Source: Thermoplasmata archaeon (lineage in GTDB: Archaea > Thermoplasmatota > Thermoplasmata > RBG-16-68-12 > JAFNFQ01). Taken from it: a stretch of DNA of 64,000 nt. The position numbers were made by a program, and so were the translations under genes. Below are positions 49,724-59,760 of this stretch, in pieces. Numbering within the stretch: the first letter of the stretch is position 1; every line of letters begins with the position of its first letter. Under the pieces are notes generated by a model, which saw nothing but the letters and a program-made list of their open reading frames with translations, did not search any database and was not told where the DNA came from. The stretch is from assembly GCA_041489255.1 (NCBI GenBank), contig JBGPQV010000003.1, forward strand, positions 96,001 through 160,000, written 5' to 3'.

Positions 49724-51193
49724 ATGATGTCTGCAAAAGGCGAAGCGCAGCTCCTCCGCATGCTGACGGACCAAAACCCATGGTGGGCGTCCGGGAGTGT
49801 CCCCGATGTCCTCGCCCCGCCCTTCCGGAGGAGGGACTTCTTCGTCCTGCGAGGGGAGCTGTCGACCGAACGCATCACTGCTGTCGTGGGCCCCCGCCAG
49901 GTCGGCAAGACCGTGCTCCTTTATCAGACAATCCAGGACGTCCTGGCCGCAGACCGCAAGAACCCGAGGAATGTGCTCTTCCTGGCCATGGACTTCCCCC
50001 AACTGCAGACAGGAGGCGGCGATGCGGTCACGGCTGCGCTCGATGTCTACTCCGAGCGGATAATCGCCACCCCATGGCGGGAACTCAAGGACACCTGTTA
50101 CGTGTTCCTTGACGAAATCGCGAAGCTGCCCGACTGGGACCGGATCCTGAAGGGTTGGTACGACAGGAAGCTGCCGCTCAAGTTCGTCATCTCCGATTCA
50201 TCTAATTCGGCAGTCCGGCACGGCATCGAGACGTCGCTCGTCGGCCGTTGCGACGTCCAGCTCGTCCTCCCTATGAAGTTCGTCGACGTGCTCACGTTCC
50301 ATGAGGGCCGCGAAGACTACAACGATGTGTCCCTCTCGCTTCGGAAAGCGTTCGCGCAGAGCGTCGAGAAGGGGTCACCCGACGGCCTTTTGCGGGCGTT
50401 GCGCCTCGCCTCCGGGCAACTCGCGCCGTTCGAGCGGAGGCTGAAGTCGCGACTCCAGCAATACCTCTACACCGGCGGCTACCCCGAGTTCCTCCGCGTC
50501 GAGGACCTGAACCTGGCAGGCCGCAGGCTGCGCGAGTACGTCGATCTGATATTCGCGAGGGACCTGCTCCGCTTCTTCGACGTCCGCAACCCGAAGGCGC
50601 TCAGCGCCATGGTCGGGCTCATAGCGGATCAGACCGGCCAGAGGTTCGACTACACGACGCTGGCGAAGAACGTGAACCTCTCCCCCCAGGTGGTCCGCGA
50701 GTACCTGGACTACCTTGAGTCAGTCCTCGTGGTGACGAGATCGGAGTTCTGGACGAAGAGCCGAGCGTCTCGGGTGAGGAAGCAGAGGAAGCTCTACATG
50801 GCCAACGCAGCTCTGGCCAACGGACTCACGGGCAACGTCGGACCACAGGTCCTCCACGAACCCTCCTATTTCGGTCGCCTGATCGAGACCGTCGTTGCAG
50901 ACCACGCGCTGCGCCTTCTGTTCGTGATGAATCCGGGCCAGAGTCCCGAGCTGTTCTACTGGCGGAACTACAGGGGGCAGGAGGTGGATATCATCCTGCG
51001 ACTTGGCAAGCGGGCAATCCCCCTTGAGGTCAAGTATCAGGAGCAGGCCACGCCCGCCGACCGCAGACCGGTCATCGACTTCCTCAATGAGGAGAAGTCC
51101 GCGCCCTTCGGCCTCATTGTGACCAAGGACGAACTGGGGGCGAGCGACAATATCCTCGCCATCCCGCTCTTCCTGTTCCTGTTGTTGGCCTGA
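49724..51193 (+). CDS. AAA+ ATPase (AAA_14) with DUF4143 C-terminus
   Basis: NPWW, GPRQVGKT, FLDEI, GGYPE, KLY, YWR...EVD.I..IPLEVKY. Confidence 0.92.
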   Translation: MMSAKGEAQLLRMLTDQNPWWASGSVPDVLAPPFRRRDFFVLRGELSTERITAVVGPRQVGKTVLLYQTIQDVLAADRKNPRNVLFLAMDFPQLQTGGGDAVTAALDVYSERIIATPWRELKDTCYVFLDEIAKLPDWDRILKGWYDRKLPLKFVISDSSNSAVRHGIETSLVGRCDVQLVLPMKFVDVLTFHEGREDYNDVSLSLRKAFAQSVEKGSPDGLLRALRLASGQLAPFERRLKSRLQQYLYTGGYPEFLRVEDLNLAGRRLREYVDLIFARDLLRFFDVRNPKALSAMVGLIADQTGQRFDYTTLAKNVNLSPQVVREYLDYLESVLVVTRSEFWTKSRASRVRKQRKLYMANAALANGLTGNVGPQVLHEPSYFGRLIETVVADHALRLLFVMNPGQSPELFYWRNYRGQEVDIILRLGKRAIPLEVKYQEQATPADRRPVIDFLNEEKSAPFGLIVTKDELGASDNILAIPLFLFLLLA

Positions 51194-51199
51194 GATTGA

Positions 51200-51311
51200 C
51201 CTCCGTCAAGCTCGCCTTGGCACACATGTCCGGGATCACCCTCACCCGCCTCCGCTCGGTCATCGCCCTGAGCTTCTCCGCGACGATGTTCTCGTTGGCA
51301 TAGACTCTCAC
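51200..51311 (-). pseudogene. Fragment of an AbiEii-type nucleotidyltransferase toxin
   Basis: VYANENIVAEKLRAMTERRRVR matches the AEK.RA...R block; the following RDxYD is degraded and there is no N-terminus. Confidence 0.55.
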
Positions 51312-51436
51312 CCTCTGGGCCGCCTGAAGCCATCGCTGCCCAGCTTCTCCCTGAGAACACAGACGACGCGACTACTGAGTGCCCTCCGATGAATCCGCCG
51401 CGAGAATATTTAATAGGCGGCAACAACTATTCCATC

Positions 51437-51640
51437 ATGATGGATTACCGCATTCTCCTCAAGAAAGGCCAGGATGGATATTATGTGGCACAATGCCTGG
51501 AGGTCCCCGGGGCAATCAGCCAGGGCCGGACGAAGGCGGAAGCCCTGCGCAACGCCGAAGAAGCCCTGAGACTCATCCTCGAGGTCCTCAAGGAAGAGGC
51601 CAAAGAAGGGGAGATCGCGCGGGTGACCGTGGATGCCTAG
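51437..51640 (+). CDS. hicB: HicB-family antitoxin
   Basis: DGYYVAQCLEVPGAISQGRTKAEALRNAEEA; TATTTAATA upstream. Confidence 0.88.
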   Translation: MMDYRILLKKGQDGYYVAQCLEVPGAISQGRTKAEALRNAEEALRLILEVLKEEAKEGEIARVTVDA

Positions 51641-51660
51641 TTCCCTCTGGAATATGATTC

Positions 51661-52167
51661 GTGGAGGCTTATTCAGATAGGTGGTATGGCATGGAAGAAA
51701 AATCGGCCGAATTCATCGAGTTTAAAGACACTGGGCTCGACATCAAAGGATTGATTAGTGCCAGAATCGTGCCCAATGGCACCATCTCGATTTTCCTCGC
51801 ATTAGGTCCTGAAGGGAACCGTGGAAACGATTGCGGCCTCACGATGGATGCCAATGGGGTTATGGCGCTCCTCCGAGTTGTAGGAAGGGCACTCCTCATC
51901 TCTACGACAATGGGTGGAGATGTGGAGCATATTGGGAGCGCGAGATACTTGACGAGCGAACGGGATGATCAGCGGCTGGTCGACACTGTGGGTAACATTA
52001 CCGTGCAGGCCCTTAAATCACGAGTAAGATTGGTGGTCAGATTTGACCCACGCAGTGAACAGGAGGACTTCACAATGACTCTGGATGCTACGTCAGCCAA
52101 ACGCTTGAATGCAATGCTGGACAGAATCGCATCAAAGATGACCAGAGAGCGACTGGAGCCGCTCTGA
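51661..52167 (+). CDS. Hypothetical protein (atypical, more AT-rich codons)
   Basis: 168-aa ORF with no recognised motif. Confidence 0.55.
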   Translation: MEAYSDRWYGMEEKSAEFIEFKDTGLDIKGLISARIVPNGTISIFLALGPEGNRGNDCGLTMDANGVMALLRVVGRALLISTTMGGDVEHIGSARYLTSERDDQRLVDTVGNITVQALKSRVRLVVRFDPRSEQEDFTMTLDATSAKRLNAMLDRIASKMTRERLEPL

Positions 52168-52648
52168 CTGTCGGCAGAATGAAAATGACACTACGGCCAA
52201 TGTCTGGTCGCTCGGGTCTCGGAACTGGTGCGCGTTCCAAGAACCAGTGCGCGCACCAATTAGCCTATCAACCGGTCTTTTCCGACTTCAGAGCCCTCGC
52301 TGTTCGATATTGTGAACGACGAAATCACGAAGTGCGGAGGCTGCTCCCGCAAGGGGAACCTGCTAAACTTCTCCATACCACTCCAGCTGAGTGAAGAGGA
52401 TTCCGCGCACCGGCTGCGCCTAAATTACCGGGTTCCGAGACCTCTCCTGCCACGGCATGATGCCTTCGTCGACGGCGGGGACGTAGCCGACACTAGCAGC
52501 ATCGTCACCGAGGGACACATGGGACCACCGGCACATCGTGGCTTTCCTGAGGACATCGAGGCGACCTGCGATTCTCTCGACGAAAACTACTTAGCGGCCT
52601 CGATATTCGGCATGAATACCGAAGCGCCCACACTTAAACGGTGAGAGC

Positions 52649-53482
52649 ATGACCCTATCCCTCCAGCCAACACCTCCCGCCAAAGGACCGAGGATGGTCG
52701 TCTGCATCAAGCAGGTCCCCAAGGCGCAGGAGATCCAGGTGGACCCGGTCACGCACACCCTGAAGAGGGTCGGGGTCCCGAGCGAGATAAACCCGCCGGA
52801 CAGGCACGCGCTCGAGGTCGCGCTCCAGCTGAAGGACAAGCATGGCGGGGAGATAGTCGCGCTCACCATGGGCCCCACAGTTTTCATCCAGTCGTTGGAG
52901 AGGGCGATGGCGATGGGGGTGGACAGGGCCGTTCTGCTCTCGGATAGAGCGCTCGGCGGCTCCGACACCGTGCCCACAGGTCTGGCGCTGAGCGAAGCGA
53001 TCCACAAGATAGGCAAGTTCGACATCATCCTGTGCGGGGAGGAGACCACAGACAGCTCAACTGGGCATGTCGGCCCTGGCATTGCCGGTCATCTCGACCT
53101 CCCTCAGATCACTTACTGCGTCGACGTGCAAATCGTTGAAGGCAAGGTCCGCGGGAAGAGGGCGGTGGAGGACGGCTTCGAGGTCTGGGAGTGCCCGATG
53201 CCCTGCCTCGTGACAGTCAACTTCGGGTGCAACAAGCCGAGGGAGCCTTCCCTGTCCGGCAAGATCAGGGTAAAGCGCGGCGGGCTCGTCACGCAATGGT
53301 CCGCGGCTGATGTCGGCCTCGCGCCGGAGAAGCTCGGACTGAAGGGCTCGCCGACAGTCGTGAACCGCGTGGACACCGTCGTGCTGCCCGCGCGCGGCGG
53401 GAAGATATTCAAGGGAGAGCCGAGCCAGACCGTCGCCGAGCTCGTGAAAGCATTGAGGAACGACAAGATTGCGGGGGTCTGA
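52649..53482 (+). CDS. etfB: Electron transfer flavoprotein beta subunit
   Basis: VVCIKQVP, INPPD..ALE.AL, MGP, GSDT..T, D..TGHVGP, GLKGSPT.V. Confidence 0.95.
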   Translation: MTLSLQPTPPAKGPRMVVCIKQVPKAQEIQVDPVTHTLKRVGVPSEINPPDRHALEVALQLKDKHGGEIVALTMGPTVFIQSLERAMAMGVDRAVLLSDRALGGSDTVPTGLALSEAIHKIGKFDIILCGEETTDSSTGHVGPGIAGHLDLPQITYCVDVQIVEGKVRGKRAVEDGFEVWECPMPCLVTVNFGCNKPREPSLSGKIRVKRGGLVTQWSAADVGLAPEKLGLKGSPTVVNRVDTVVLPARGGKIFKGEPSQTVAELVKALRNDKIAGV

Positions 53483-53483
53483 G

Positions 53484-54488
53484 ATGCCGCCGCCGGAGAG
53501 CAAGGGCGTCTGGGTCTTCCTCGAGCAGAGGCGCGGGAGGCTGAGGGACGTCTCGATCCAGATCATCGGCGAGGGCAGGCGCATAGCGGACGAGATGAAG
53601 GTCCCGCTGTCCGGCGTCATGCCCGGCTGGAAGACAGAAGGCATCGCGCGCGAGGCGGTGGAGTACGGAGTGGACAAGGTCTACCTCGTGGAGGACCAGC
53701 GCCTGGAGAACTACCTCTCGAGGCCCTATGCGAAGGTCATGGTCACACTCATCAGAAAGCACAAGCCCGAGGTCGTGCTGTACGGGGCGTCGAAGAACGG
53801 CAGGGACCTCGGCGGCAGGGTGCACGCGATCATCGAGACAGGGCTCGCCGCAGACTGCGTCAAGTTCGAGGTCACGAAGGAGCGCAACCTGGACATGATC
53901 AGGCCCGCCTATGGCGGGAGGAGCCTGGCGCACATCATCTGCGCGAACCACAGGCCGCAGATGGCCTCGGCCCGCGCGAACGTCTTCAAAAGGGCGGCGA
54001 AGACGCCGGACAGGAAGGGCAGCATCGTCCGCGAGAAGGTCGACTTCGAGGACAGGGACTTCGACACGAGGCTGGTCGAGTTCATCGAGTCGACGGGGCA
54101 GCAGGGGGCGAAGCTCGAGGACGCGAAGGTCGTCGTGGCGGGAGGATACGGGCTGAGGAACCAAGCGAACTTCAGGATGGTGGACGAGCTCGCGAAGCTC
54201 GTTGGCGGGTCTGTCGCCGCATCGAGGAAGGCCGTTGACGCGGGCTGGTTCGCCAAGGAGTACCAGGTCGGCCAGACTGGAAAAACAGTACGGCCAGAGG
54301 TGTATTGGGCCATCGGAATCTCCGGGGCGGTGCAGCACCTGGCGGGAATGCAGGAGTCCGGCAAGATCATCGCGATCAACTCGGACCAAAACGCCGCAAT
54401 CTTCGAGATGGCGGACTACGGGATAGTCGGGGACCTCTTCCACGTCGTCCCTGAGCTGGTCAAGGCGCTCAAGGGATCAGGGCGCTAG
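53484..54488 (+). CDS. etfA: Electron transfer flavoprotein alpha subunit
   Basis: GLAADC, RPAYGG, ASRKAVDAGW, QVGQTGKTVRP, GISGAVQH.AGM. Confidence 0.95.
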   Translation: MPPPESKGVWVFLEQRRGRLRDVSIQIIGEGRRIADEMKVPLSGVMPGWKTEGIAREAVEYGVDKVYLVEDQRLENYLSRPYAKVMVTLIRKHKPEVVLYGASKNGRDLGGRVHAIIETGLAADCVKFEVTKERNLDMIRPAYGGRSLAHIICANHRPQMASARANVFKRAAKTPDRKGSIVREKVDFEDRDFDTRLVEFIESTGQQGAKLEDAKVVVAGGYGLRNQANFRMVDELAKLVGGSVAASRKAVDAGWFAKEYQVGQTGKTVRPEVYWAIGISGAVQHLAGMQESGKIIAINSDQNAAIFEMADYGIVGDLFHVVPELVKALKGSGR

Positions 54489-54604
54489 CCTGTGCTCGAA
54501 ATCGCTATCGAGATTGATATCATCCCTGCTTTCAGTCCGAAAAGGGCATTCGGGTGGAAATCATCATATATGCCTGAAAACAACTTACAATAGAGGCTCA
54601 GCTC

Positions 54605-54808
54605 ATGACAGGGAGCAGGCGGAAGACCAATTTTGAGCCGGGGATGATCTTCACCCTGGACCACATCAAGAAAGACGACCTCCAGTTCGACATAGACGCC
54701 GAGACTGCAAGGTTCAGGGAAAAGAAGGACATGGAGAAGAAGAGCCCCCCCGCCGCAAGGAGCGAGCCTCGACCGAAAGCCCCCACGGCCGAGCCTGGGC
54801 TCAAGTAG
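54605..54808 (+). CDS. Small hypothetical protein
   Basis: 67-aa ORF with host-like codons; CATATATG TATA-like element upstream. Confidence 0.5.
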   Translation: MTGSRRKTNFEPGMIFTLDHIKKDDLQFDIDAETARFREKKDMEKKSPPAARSEPRPKAPTAEPGLK

Positions 54809-54953
54809 CCCAGCCTCTCCCCGACTTTGTTGCGCGTCCCGCGCGATCGTCCACCTCAGAGTCTTGTCTGCGGCTACCCGATCTGGTTCTAAAACGGTCG
54901 GGGGACCTGCGACAGCGTCAGCAATCGCCCGTCTTCATCTCTGGCGGCTCACC

Positions 54954-55619
54954 TCATCTCACCGTGTCCACGGCCAATAGCCTGCGGAGCTTGCGGGATT
55001 GGGCTTTACGTTCAGTCGGGACCGCCGCGGAGCGCGCCGCCCAGTACGCCGTCGAACGGACCCATGCCGCCGCCGAATGCGCTTTCGAGTCCGCCGCCGA
55101 GGGCGCCGTCGAATGCGCCGCAGAGACCGCCGCAAAGCGCCCCGCCGAGTTCCTCGCCGAGACCGCCGCCGCGCGCGCCGCCCAGTACGCCACCCCAAGT
55201 TCCCCGTCCGTCGCCCTGCCGTCCAGCCATGCACGCTTGACCTTGAGGGCCGCGCATGAGCGAGGGTCGGGCTTGCGCCCGGCCTTGCGCTCGCCCTTGA
55301 GGGCGCGCTCGGCGCACCAGAGGGCGAACTCGTACAGCTCGCGGGTCACGTCACGGGCGGAGAGCACCTTGCATTCGGTGGCCACCGCCTTGCCGGTGCC
55401 GTGGATGATTGTGCCGCGAAGTTCCACGCGGCAAAGGATCGGGGCTGGGGCATAGCCGAGCGCGTCGAGCACATCCGCCGAAGCGTGGTAGCCCCGCTTA
55501 CGGAGCACTGGTTTGGCCCCGGGTGGCATGCGGTAGACCTTTCCCACGCGGAGCTTCTGACCATCGCGGAGCCTGCGGTCCTCGCTGACGAATTGATAGC
55601 CGTGCATGATTTCGATCAT
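54954..55619 (-). CDS. Phage-type hypothetical protein with Ala-rich AAxSAA repeats
   Basis: GYHAS..VLDALGYA...CRVEL.G..K.VA N-terminal block, FALWCAERAL, WLDG.AT, then AA.SAA repeats; GGGAGG SD. Confidence 0.7.
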   Translation of the reverse strand: MIEIMHGYQFVSEDRRLRDGQKLRVGKVYRMPPGAKPVLRKRGYHASADVLDALGYAPAPILCRVELRGTIIHGTGKAVATECKVLSARDVTRELYEFALWCAERALKGERKAGRKPDPRSCAALKVKRAWLDGRATDGELGVAYWAARAAAVSARNSAGRFAAVSAAHSTAPSAADSKAHSAAAWVRSTAYWAARSAAVPTERKAQSRKLRRLLAVDTVR

Positions 55620-55635
55620 CCGTTCCTCCCTCCCG

Positions 55636-56280
55636 TCAGCTCGTCGACGACACTTCTTTCTGCTCGAGCTTCGTCTCGAACAGCTCCTCGAACCTCGCCA
55701 GCAGCTTCTCCCTGAACTCCCGCAACCCGACCTCGCGCCCGGTGGAGACGCTTAGAGAGGTCATCATGGAACCCTCCATGCCGCAAGGCTTGAGGAGCAT
55801 GAAGCGCGAGAGGTCCGTGCTCACGTTCACCGCGAAGCCATGGTACGTGACCCTGTTCTTAACCGCGAGGCCGATGGACGCGAGCTTCCTCTGCCCGACC
55901 CAGACGCCGGTCTGAGCGCTCCTGCCCGCCTCCGCCCCCAGGTCCCTCGATGCGCGGATGATGACCTCCTCCAGCTTCCTGACGAAGTCCATGACCCCGG
56001 GCCATTCCTTCAGGGAGAATATCGGGTAGCCGACTAGCTGCCCCGGGCCGTGGTAGGTCGCCTCCCCGCCGCGCTCGATCTTGAAGACGGGCACTTCGGA
56101 GGTGAAGACGTCGTCCTGCTTCCCCCGCACGCCAAGGGTGATGACTTCAGGATGTTCAACCAGCAGCAGCACATCGGGGATCTCGCCGGATATCCTCCTC
56201 TGGACGAGGGCCTTCTGGAGCTCCCACGCCTTCCCGTATTCCATCGTCCCAAGGTCGACGAGCCAGGTCATCTCGGTCAT
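55636..56280 (-). CDS. lipB: Lipoyl(octanoyl) transferase
   Basis: LLVEHP.V.TLG, RGGEATYHGPGQLVGYPI, KLASIG, HGFAVN, PCG; ATG overlaps the lpdA stop. Confidence 0.94.
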   Translation of the reverse strand: MTEMTWLVDLGTMEYGKAWELQKALVQRRISGEIPDVLLLVEHPEVITLGVRGKQDDVFTSEVPVFKIERGGEATYHGPGQLVGYPIFSLKEWPGVMDFVRKLEEVIIRASRDLGAEAGRSAQTGVWVGQRKLASIGLAVKNRVTYHGFAVNVSTDLSRFMLLKPCGMEGSMMTSLSVSTGREVGLREFREKLLARFEELFETKLEQKEVSSTS

Positions 56281-57677
56281 CTGTTGAGGATGTGAATCGC
56301 CTTGCCGAGCGCGGCCTCGGCTGTCTCCATGATCGCCTCGGGGAAGGTCGGATGCGGGTGCATAGTATACGCGAGGTCCTCCGCGGTGGCGCCCATCTCT
56401 ATCGCGAACGCGAGCTCGCTGATGAGGTCCGACGCGCACGGTCCGACGATGACCGCGCCGAGGACGAGCCCGGACTTCTCGTCGGTGATTATCTTGACGA
56501 AGCCCTCTGATTCTCCCGCCGCGAGCGCCCTGCCGAGCGCCGCGAAGTTCACCTTGCCGACCTTCACCTTGAGGCCTTTCTCCACCGCCTCCTTCTCGCC
56601 CATGCCCACGACCGCCAGCTCAGGGTCCGTGAACACCGCCGAGGGTATCGCCTTGAAGTCCGCCTCGCTCTTCATGCCTGCACAGACCTCGGCGGCCACG
56701 ATGCCCTGCTTCGAGGCGCGGTGCGCGAGGAAGGGCGGTCCCGTCACGTCGCCGACCGCGAAGATGTGCGGGACGCTTGTCCTCATCTGCTTATCGACGA
56801 CGATCTGACCCCTGTTGTCGAGGGCGACCTTCGTCTTGTCCAAACCGAGGCCGTCTGTGTTCGCCTTCCTGCCGACCGTCAAGAGGAGGAAATCCCCGAC
56901 AACGTCAATCGGGCCTTGGGGCGTCTCGGCGGTCGCGATGATCTTTCCCGCCTCCTCCCGCCAGGATTTGACGACAGAGCCTGTGTGGACCTCCACCCCG
57001 AACTTGGTCAACTTTCTGGATATGACCCGCACCGCCTCGGGGTCCGTCCCCGGGAGTATCTGATCCATGATCTCGATGACCGTGACCTTGCTCCTGAGCT
57101 TCGCGTAGAACGTGCCGAGCTCCAGGCCTATCGCCCCGCCGCCGACCACGATGAGGTACTCGGGTACGTTCGTGAGCTCCAAGGCCTCCTTCGAGCTGAT
57201 CACCCTCTTGCCGTCGAGCGCCAGCCCGGGTAGGTCGGAAGGCCTCCCGCCGGTCGCGATGATGCAGTTCTTGAACGTCACGATCTCCTTGCCCGCCGCG
57301 GTCGTCACGTCCACCTCGTGCTCGGAGAGAAAGGTCGCGCTGCCCGAGATTATCTCCACATTGTTCCCGCGGCACAGCTGCCCGACGCCGCTCGTGAGCT
57401 TATCCACGACCTTCTGCTTCCAGGTCTGGAGCTTCTTCATGTCGAGCGAGAGCTCCCTGACGTTCAGGCCCCATTCGGAACCTGTGTCGATCTTGTGGAC
57501 GATGTTGCCCGCGTGTATGAGCGCCTTCGAGGGTATGCAGCCCCAGTTCAGGCATTCGCCCCCGAGCTTCCCGCGCTCGATGAGTATGACCTTCTTGCCA
57601 AGGCGCCCGGCGCGGATCGCGGCGACGTAGCCGCCAGGGCCAGCCCCTATCACGAGGATGTCGCACTCTCGCGTCAT
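56277..57677 (-). CDS. lpdA: Dihydrolipoyl dehydrogenase
   Basis: GAGPGGY, GGECLNWGCIPSK, GGGAIGLE, HPHPTFPE. Confidence 0.96.
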   Translation of the reverse strand: MTRECDILVIGAGPGGYVAAIRAGRLGKKVILIERGKLGGECLNWGCIPSKALIHAGNIVHKIDTGSEWGLNVRELSLDMKKLQTWKQKVVDKLTSGVGQLCRGNNVEIISGSATFLSEHEVDVTTAAGKEIVTFKNCIIATGGRPSDLPGLALDGKRVISSKEALELTNVPEYLIVVGGGAIGLELGTFYAKLRSKVTVIEIMDQILPGTDPEAVRVISRKLTKFGVEVHTGSVVKSWREEAGKIIATAETPQGPIDVVGDFLLLTVGRKANTDGLGLDKTKVALDNRGQIVVDKQMRTSVPHIFAVGDVTGPPFLAHRASKQGIVAAEVCAGMKSEADFKAIPSAVFTDPELAVVGMGEKEAVEKGLKVKVGKVNFAALGRALAAGESEGFVKIITDEKSGLVLGAVIVGPCASDLISELAFAIEMGATAEDLAYTMHPHPTFPEAIMETAEAALGKAIHILNR

Positions 57678-57932
57678 GTCAGATTCGCAAACGGAATGAT
57701 GAATAAGGACTTTACTAAATTGCAGGCTGATTCACAATCCGGTTTCATTAATCGGCTGGCGGTTGCGGAAACGGCTTTCCTGGATCAGGTTCGGCACTTG
57801 AAAACGGGAACGCTCCGTGAAGGTCGCTTGTCCGGTCTCTGTCCCCCCAAGCTCCCGCTCGCGGAGCGAGGGCGTGGGCACCGTTCCCCTTCTCCTCGCG
57901 ACGGCAAGTTCTGCCATCCAACGGGTCCCAGA

Positions 57933-58232
57933 CTAGTCCCTGAAGAACTCGTCATGACGACCGCAGTCGACGAATGTTACCGTATCACCCTTCACCCGCC
58001 AGAAAAGGACCCACTTGCTCTTGACGTGAATGTGCCGGGTATCCGATGGCTCCACACACCTCTTGCCCATCCCGAGGGAGTTCTGAAGGACGGCTCGGAT
58101 CCTCTTCTCGAATGCATCCAAAAGGGCTGCGTCCCGCTTGGTGAGGGTCTCAAGCTTCTTCTTGAAGCCTTCTTCGACAGCTTCCTTCCAGTGCTGTTTC
58201 TGCACGTCACCAGGCGGGGAAATGCCTGCCAC
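57933..58232 (-). CDS. RelE/ParE-superfamily toxin-like protein
   Basis: FKKKLE.L, RHIHV...VL.WRV....V.FVDCGRHDE, as in archaeal RelE/YafQ-like toxins. Confidence 0.7.
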   Translation of the reverse strand: MAGISPPGDVQKQHWKEAVEEGFKKKLETLTKRDAALLDAFEKRIRAVLQNSLGMGKRCVEPSDTRHIHVKSKWVLFWRVKGDTVTFVDCGRHDEFFRD

Positions 58233-58238
58233 CCCGCT

Positions 58239-58928
58239 CTATGACAGAAGATAGGCCATCAATTGCTCAGTGTCAGGGAATGTCCGGACCCTGCCCTGCT
58301 CGATGGACCGAAGGGCCTGTTCCAATCTCTCGCGGCCTTTCGGGGACAGCTCCTCGCCTCCCTCACATCGCTCCTCTTTGAGCATGTTCCAATCCAGGTA
58401 TTCGCCCTTCTTGGCGTAGATGAACGGGGAGGTGGACTTCGCGGCGGCAATAAGAGCCCTGGTCTTCAGGAAGCCCCACTCGGAAAGGACCCTGGCCACG
58501 GCCTTGACGACATGCTCGGGCGGGTTCTCCTGCGGCTCACCCCTCCTACCGATGCACCTGATGGTTCGACCTATACCCTCCTCGCTCTCGATGCCAACGA
58601 CCTCCAAGCGGTCTGCCTTGCGGTCGAGGGCATTGATGATCCTACTGAGGGTCGGGGAGTACATGCCAAACTGGTCGTAGCGGTAGGCCAGATTGAAGCA
58701 CCGCTCACCGGTCTCCAAGACGCACTCGCGCTCGATTAGGTAGAAGAGCTTCTGCACCCTGCTGGTGGTCAGGTAAGCGCCCTTCCTGGCGAGAAGGCGC
58801 AGTACTCTCTTGACCATGCCGATGTCCACGTCCTGATCGGGTCTCATTGCCTCATCTTGACCTATGCGGATTAGCCGCTTGAACTTCTCGGAATGATTAT
58901 CATCATTTAGCATGTATTCATCTCCCAC
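58239..58928 (-). CDS. Panacea/SocA (DUF4065)-like antitoxin with RelB-like tail
   Basis: RVQKLFYLIE, Y....FGMYSP motifs; C-terminal ELSP...RLEQAL.SIEQGR. Confidence 0.7.
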   Translation of the reverse strand: MGDEYMLNDDNHSEKFKRLIRIGQDEAMRPDQDVDIGMVKRVLRLLARKGAYLTTSRVQKLFYLIERECVLETGERCFNLAYRYDQFGMYSPTLSRIINALDRKADRLEVVGIESEEGIGRTIRCIGRRGEPQENPPEHVVKAVARVLSEWGFLKTRALIAAAKSTSPFIYAKKGEYLDWNMLKEERCEGGEELSPKGRERLEQALRSIEQGRVRTFPDTEQLMAYLLS

Positions 58929-59463
58929 GAACGACAGATAGCTGCCTTCCTCCTCTCAAGGCATCATCCCATATGTGGCGCGTTGGCCTTCAAGGTTTCG
59001 GCGGGGTTGATGGAAGTGAAATTCCGAAGTGACTCTCCTTGAGAGACCGCCGGGACAGCGTTTCATCCGCCCTGGGCCCGAAGACCCTCCTTCTGGCGCT
59101 CGTCCTTTGCGAAGGCTTCAACGGCCAAGCCTATGTCTTGGACGATGTTCAAAGGCCGAGATTGGATCTTGAAAAGGCGTTCCCTGATTCAGTTCGGCAA
59201 TTGAGAATGGATGCGCTCTTCGGAGTCTGCGTTGTCCTGTCTTGTCCCCCCAAGTCCTCAGCCTGGAGTGAGGGCGGGAGCACTTTTGCCTCCCGTTACG
59301 GCTCACTGAGGAGCCTCGCTGCGAGTGCGTGAAGACCATTGCATTGACACTTGCGGGGGCCTCTCCGAGGTGAATCGATGTCGCATTGCGGGACGTTTGC
59401 TCTTGCGGTCGAGAGAGCGAAGGGCGGCGGCCGAATCCCTGCTTTTAGACTTGCTGGCTAGCC

Positions 59464-59760
59464 TGTACTACGCAATAATTAGTGGAACGGGAGTGGGTCT
59501 GCAAGGAACACCTCCAAAGGCTTCTCGTAGTCCAAGGACTGGTGAGGCCTGACCTGGTTGTAGTAGAACAGGAAGTCGTCAAGGGTCTCGAACCACCAGG
59601 CCTCCCTATCGTACGTGCCGGACCGCCACTCGATCTTTCCCGTGGTCGTGGACTTCCCTGCCGCCGCCAGGATGTGCCTGATTCCGAGCTCCTCCAGCCT
59701 CAGCAGATGTTCGTCGTCGATGTCCCGGCGGGCCATAAGTGAGCACCTCCGACGGTCCGC
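59464..59760 (-). mobile_element. IS481-family transposase remnant with one surviving end
   Basis: LGIRHIL....TTGKIE...YYNQVRPHQSL integrase-core C-terminus; TGT terminus at 59464 just past the stop; N-terminus missing. Confidence 0.7.

Noticed and set aside
52179-52644. ORFs 52179-52394 and 52312-52644
   Set aside because: No recognisable motifs or codon pattern; likely intergenic or decayed sequence
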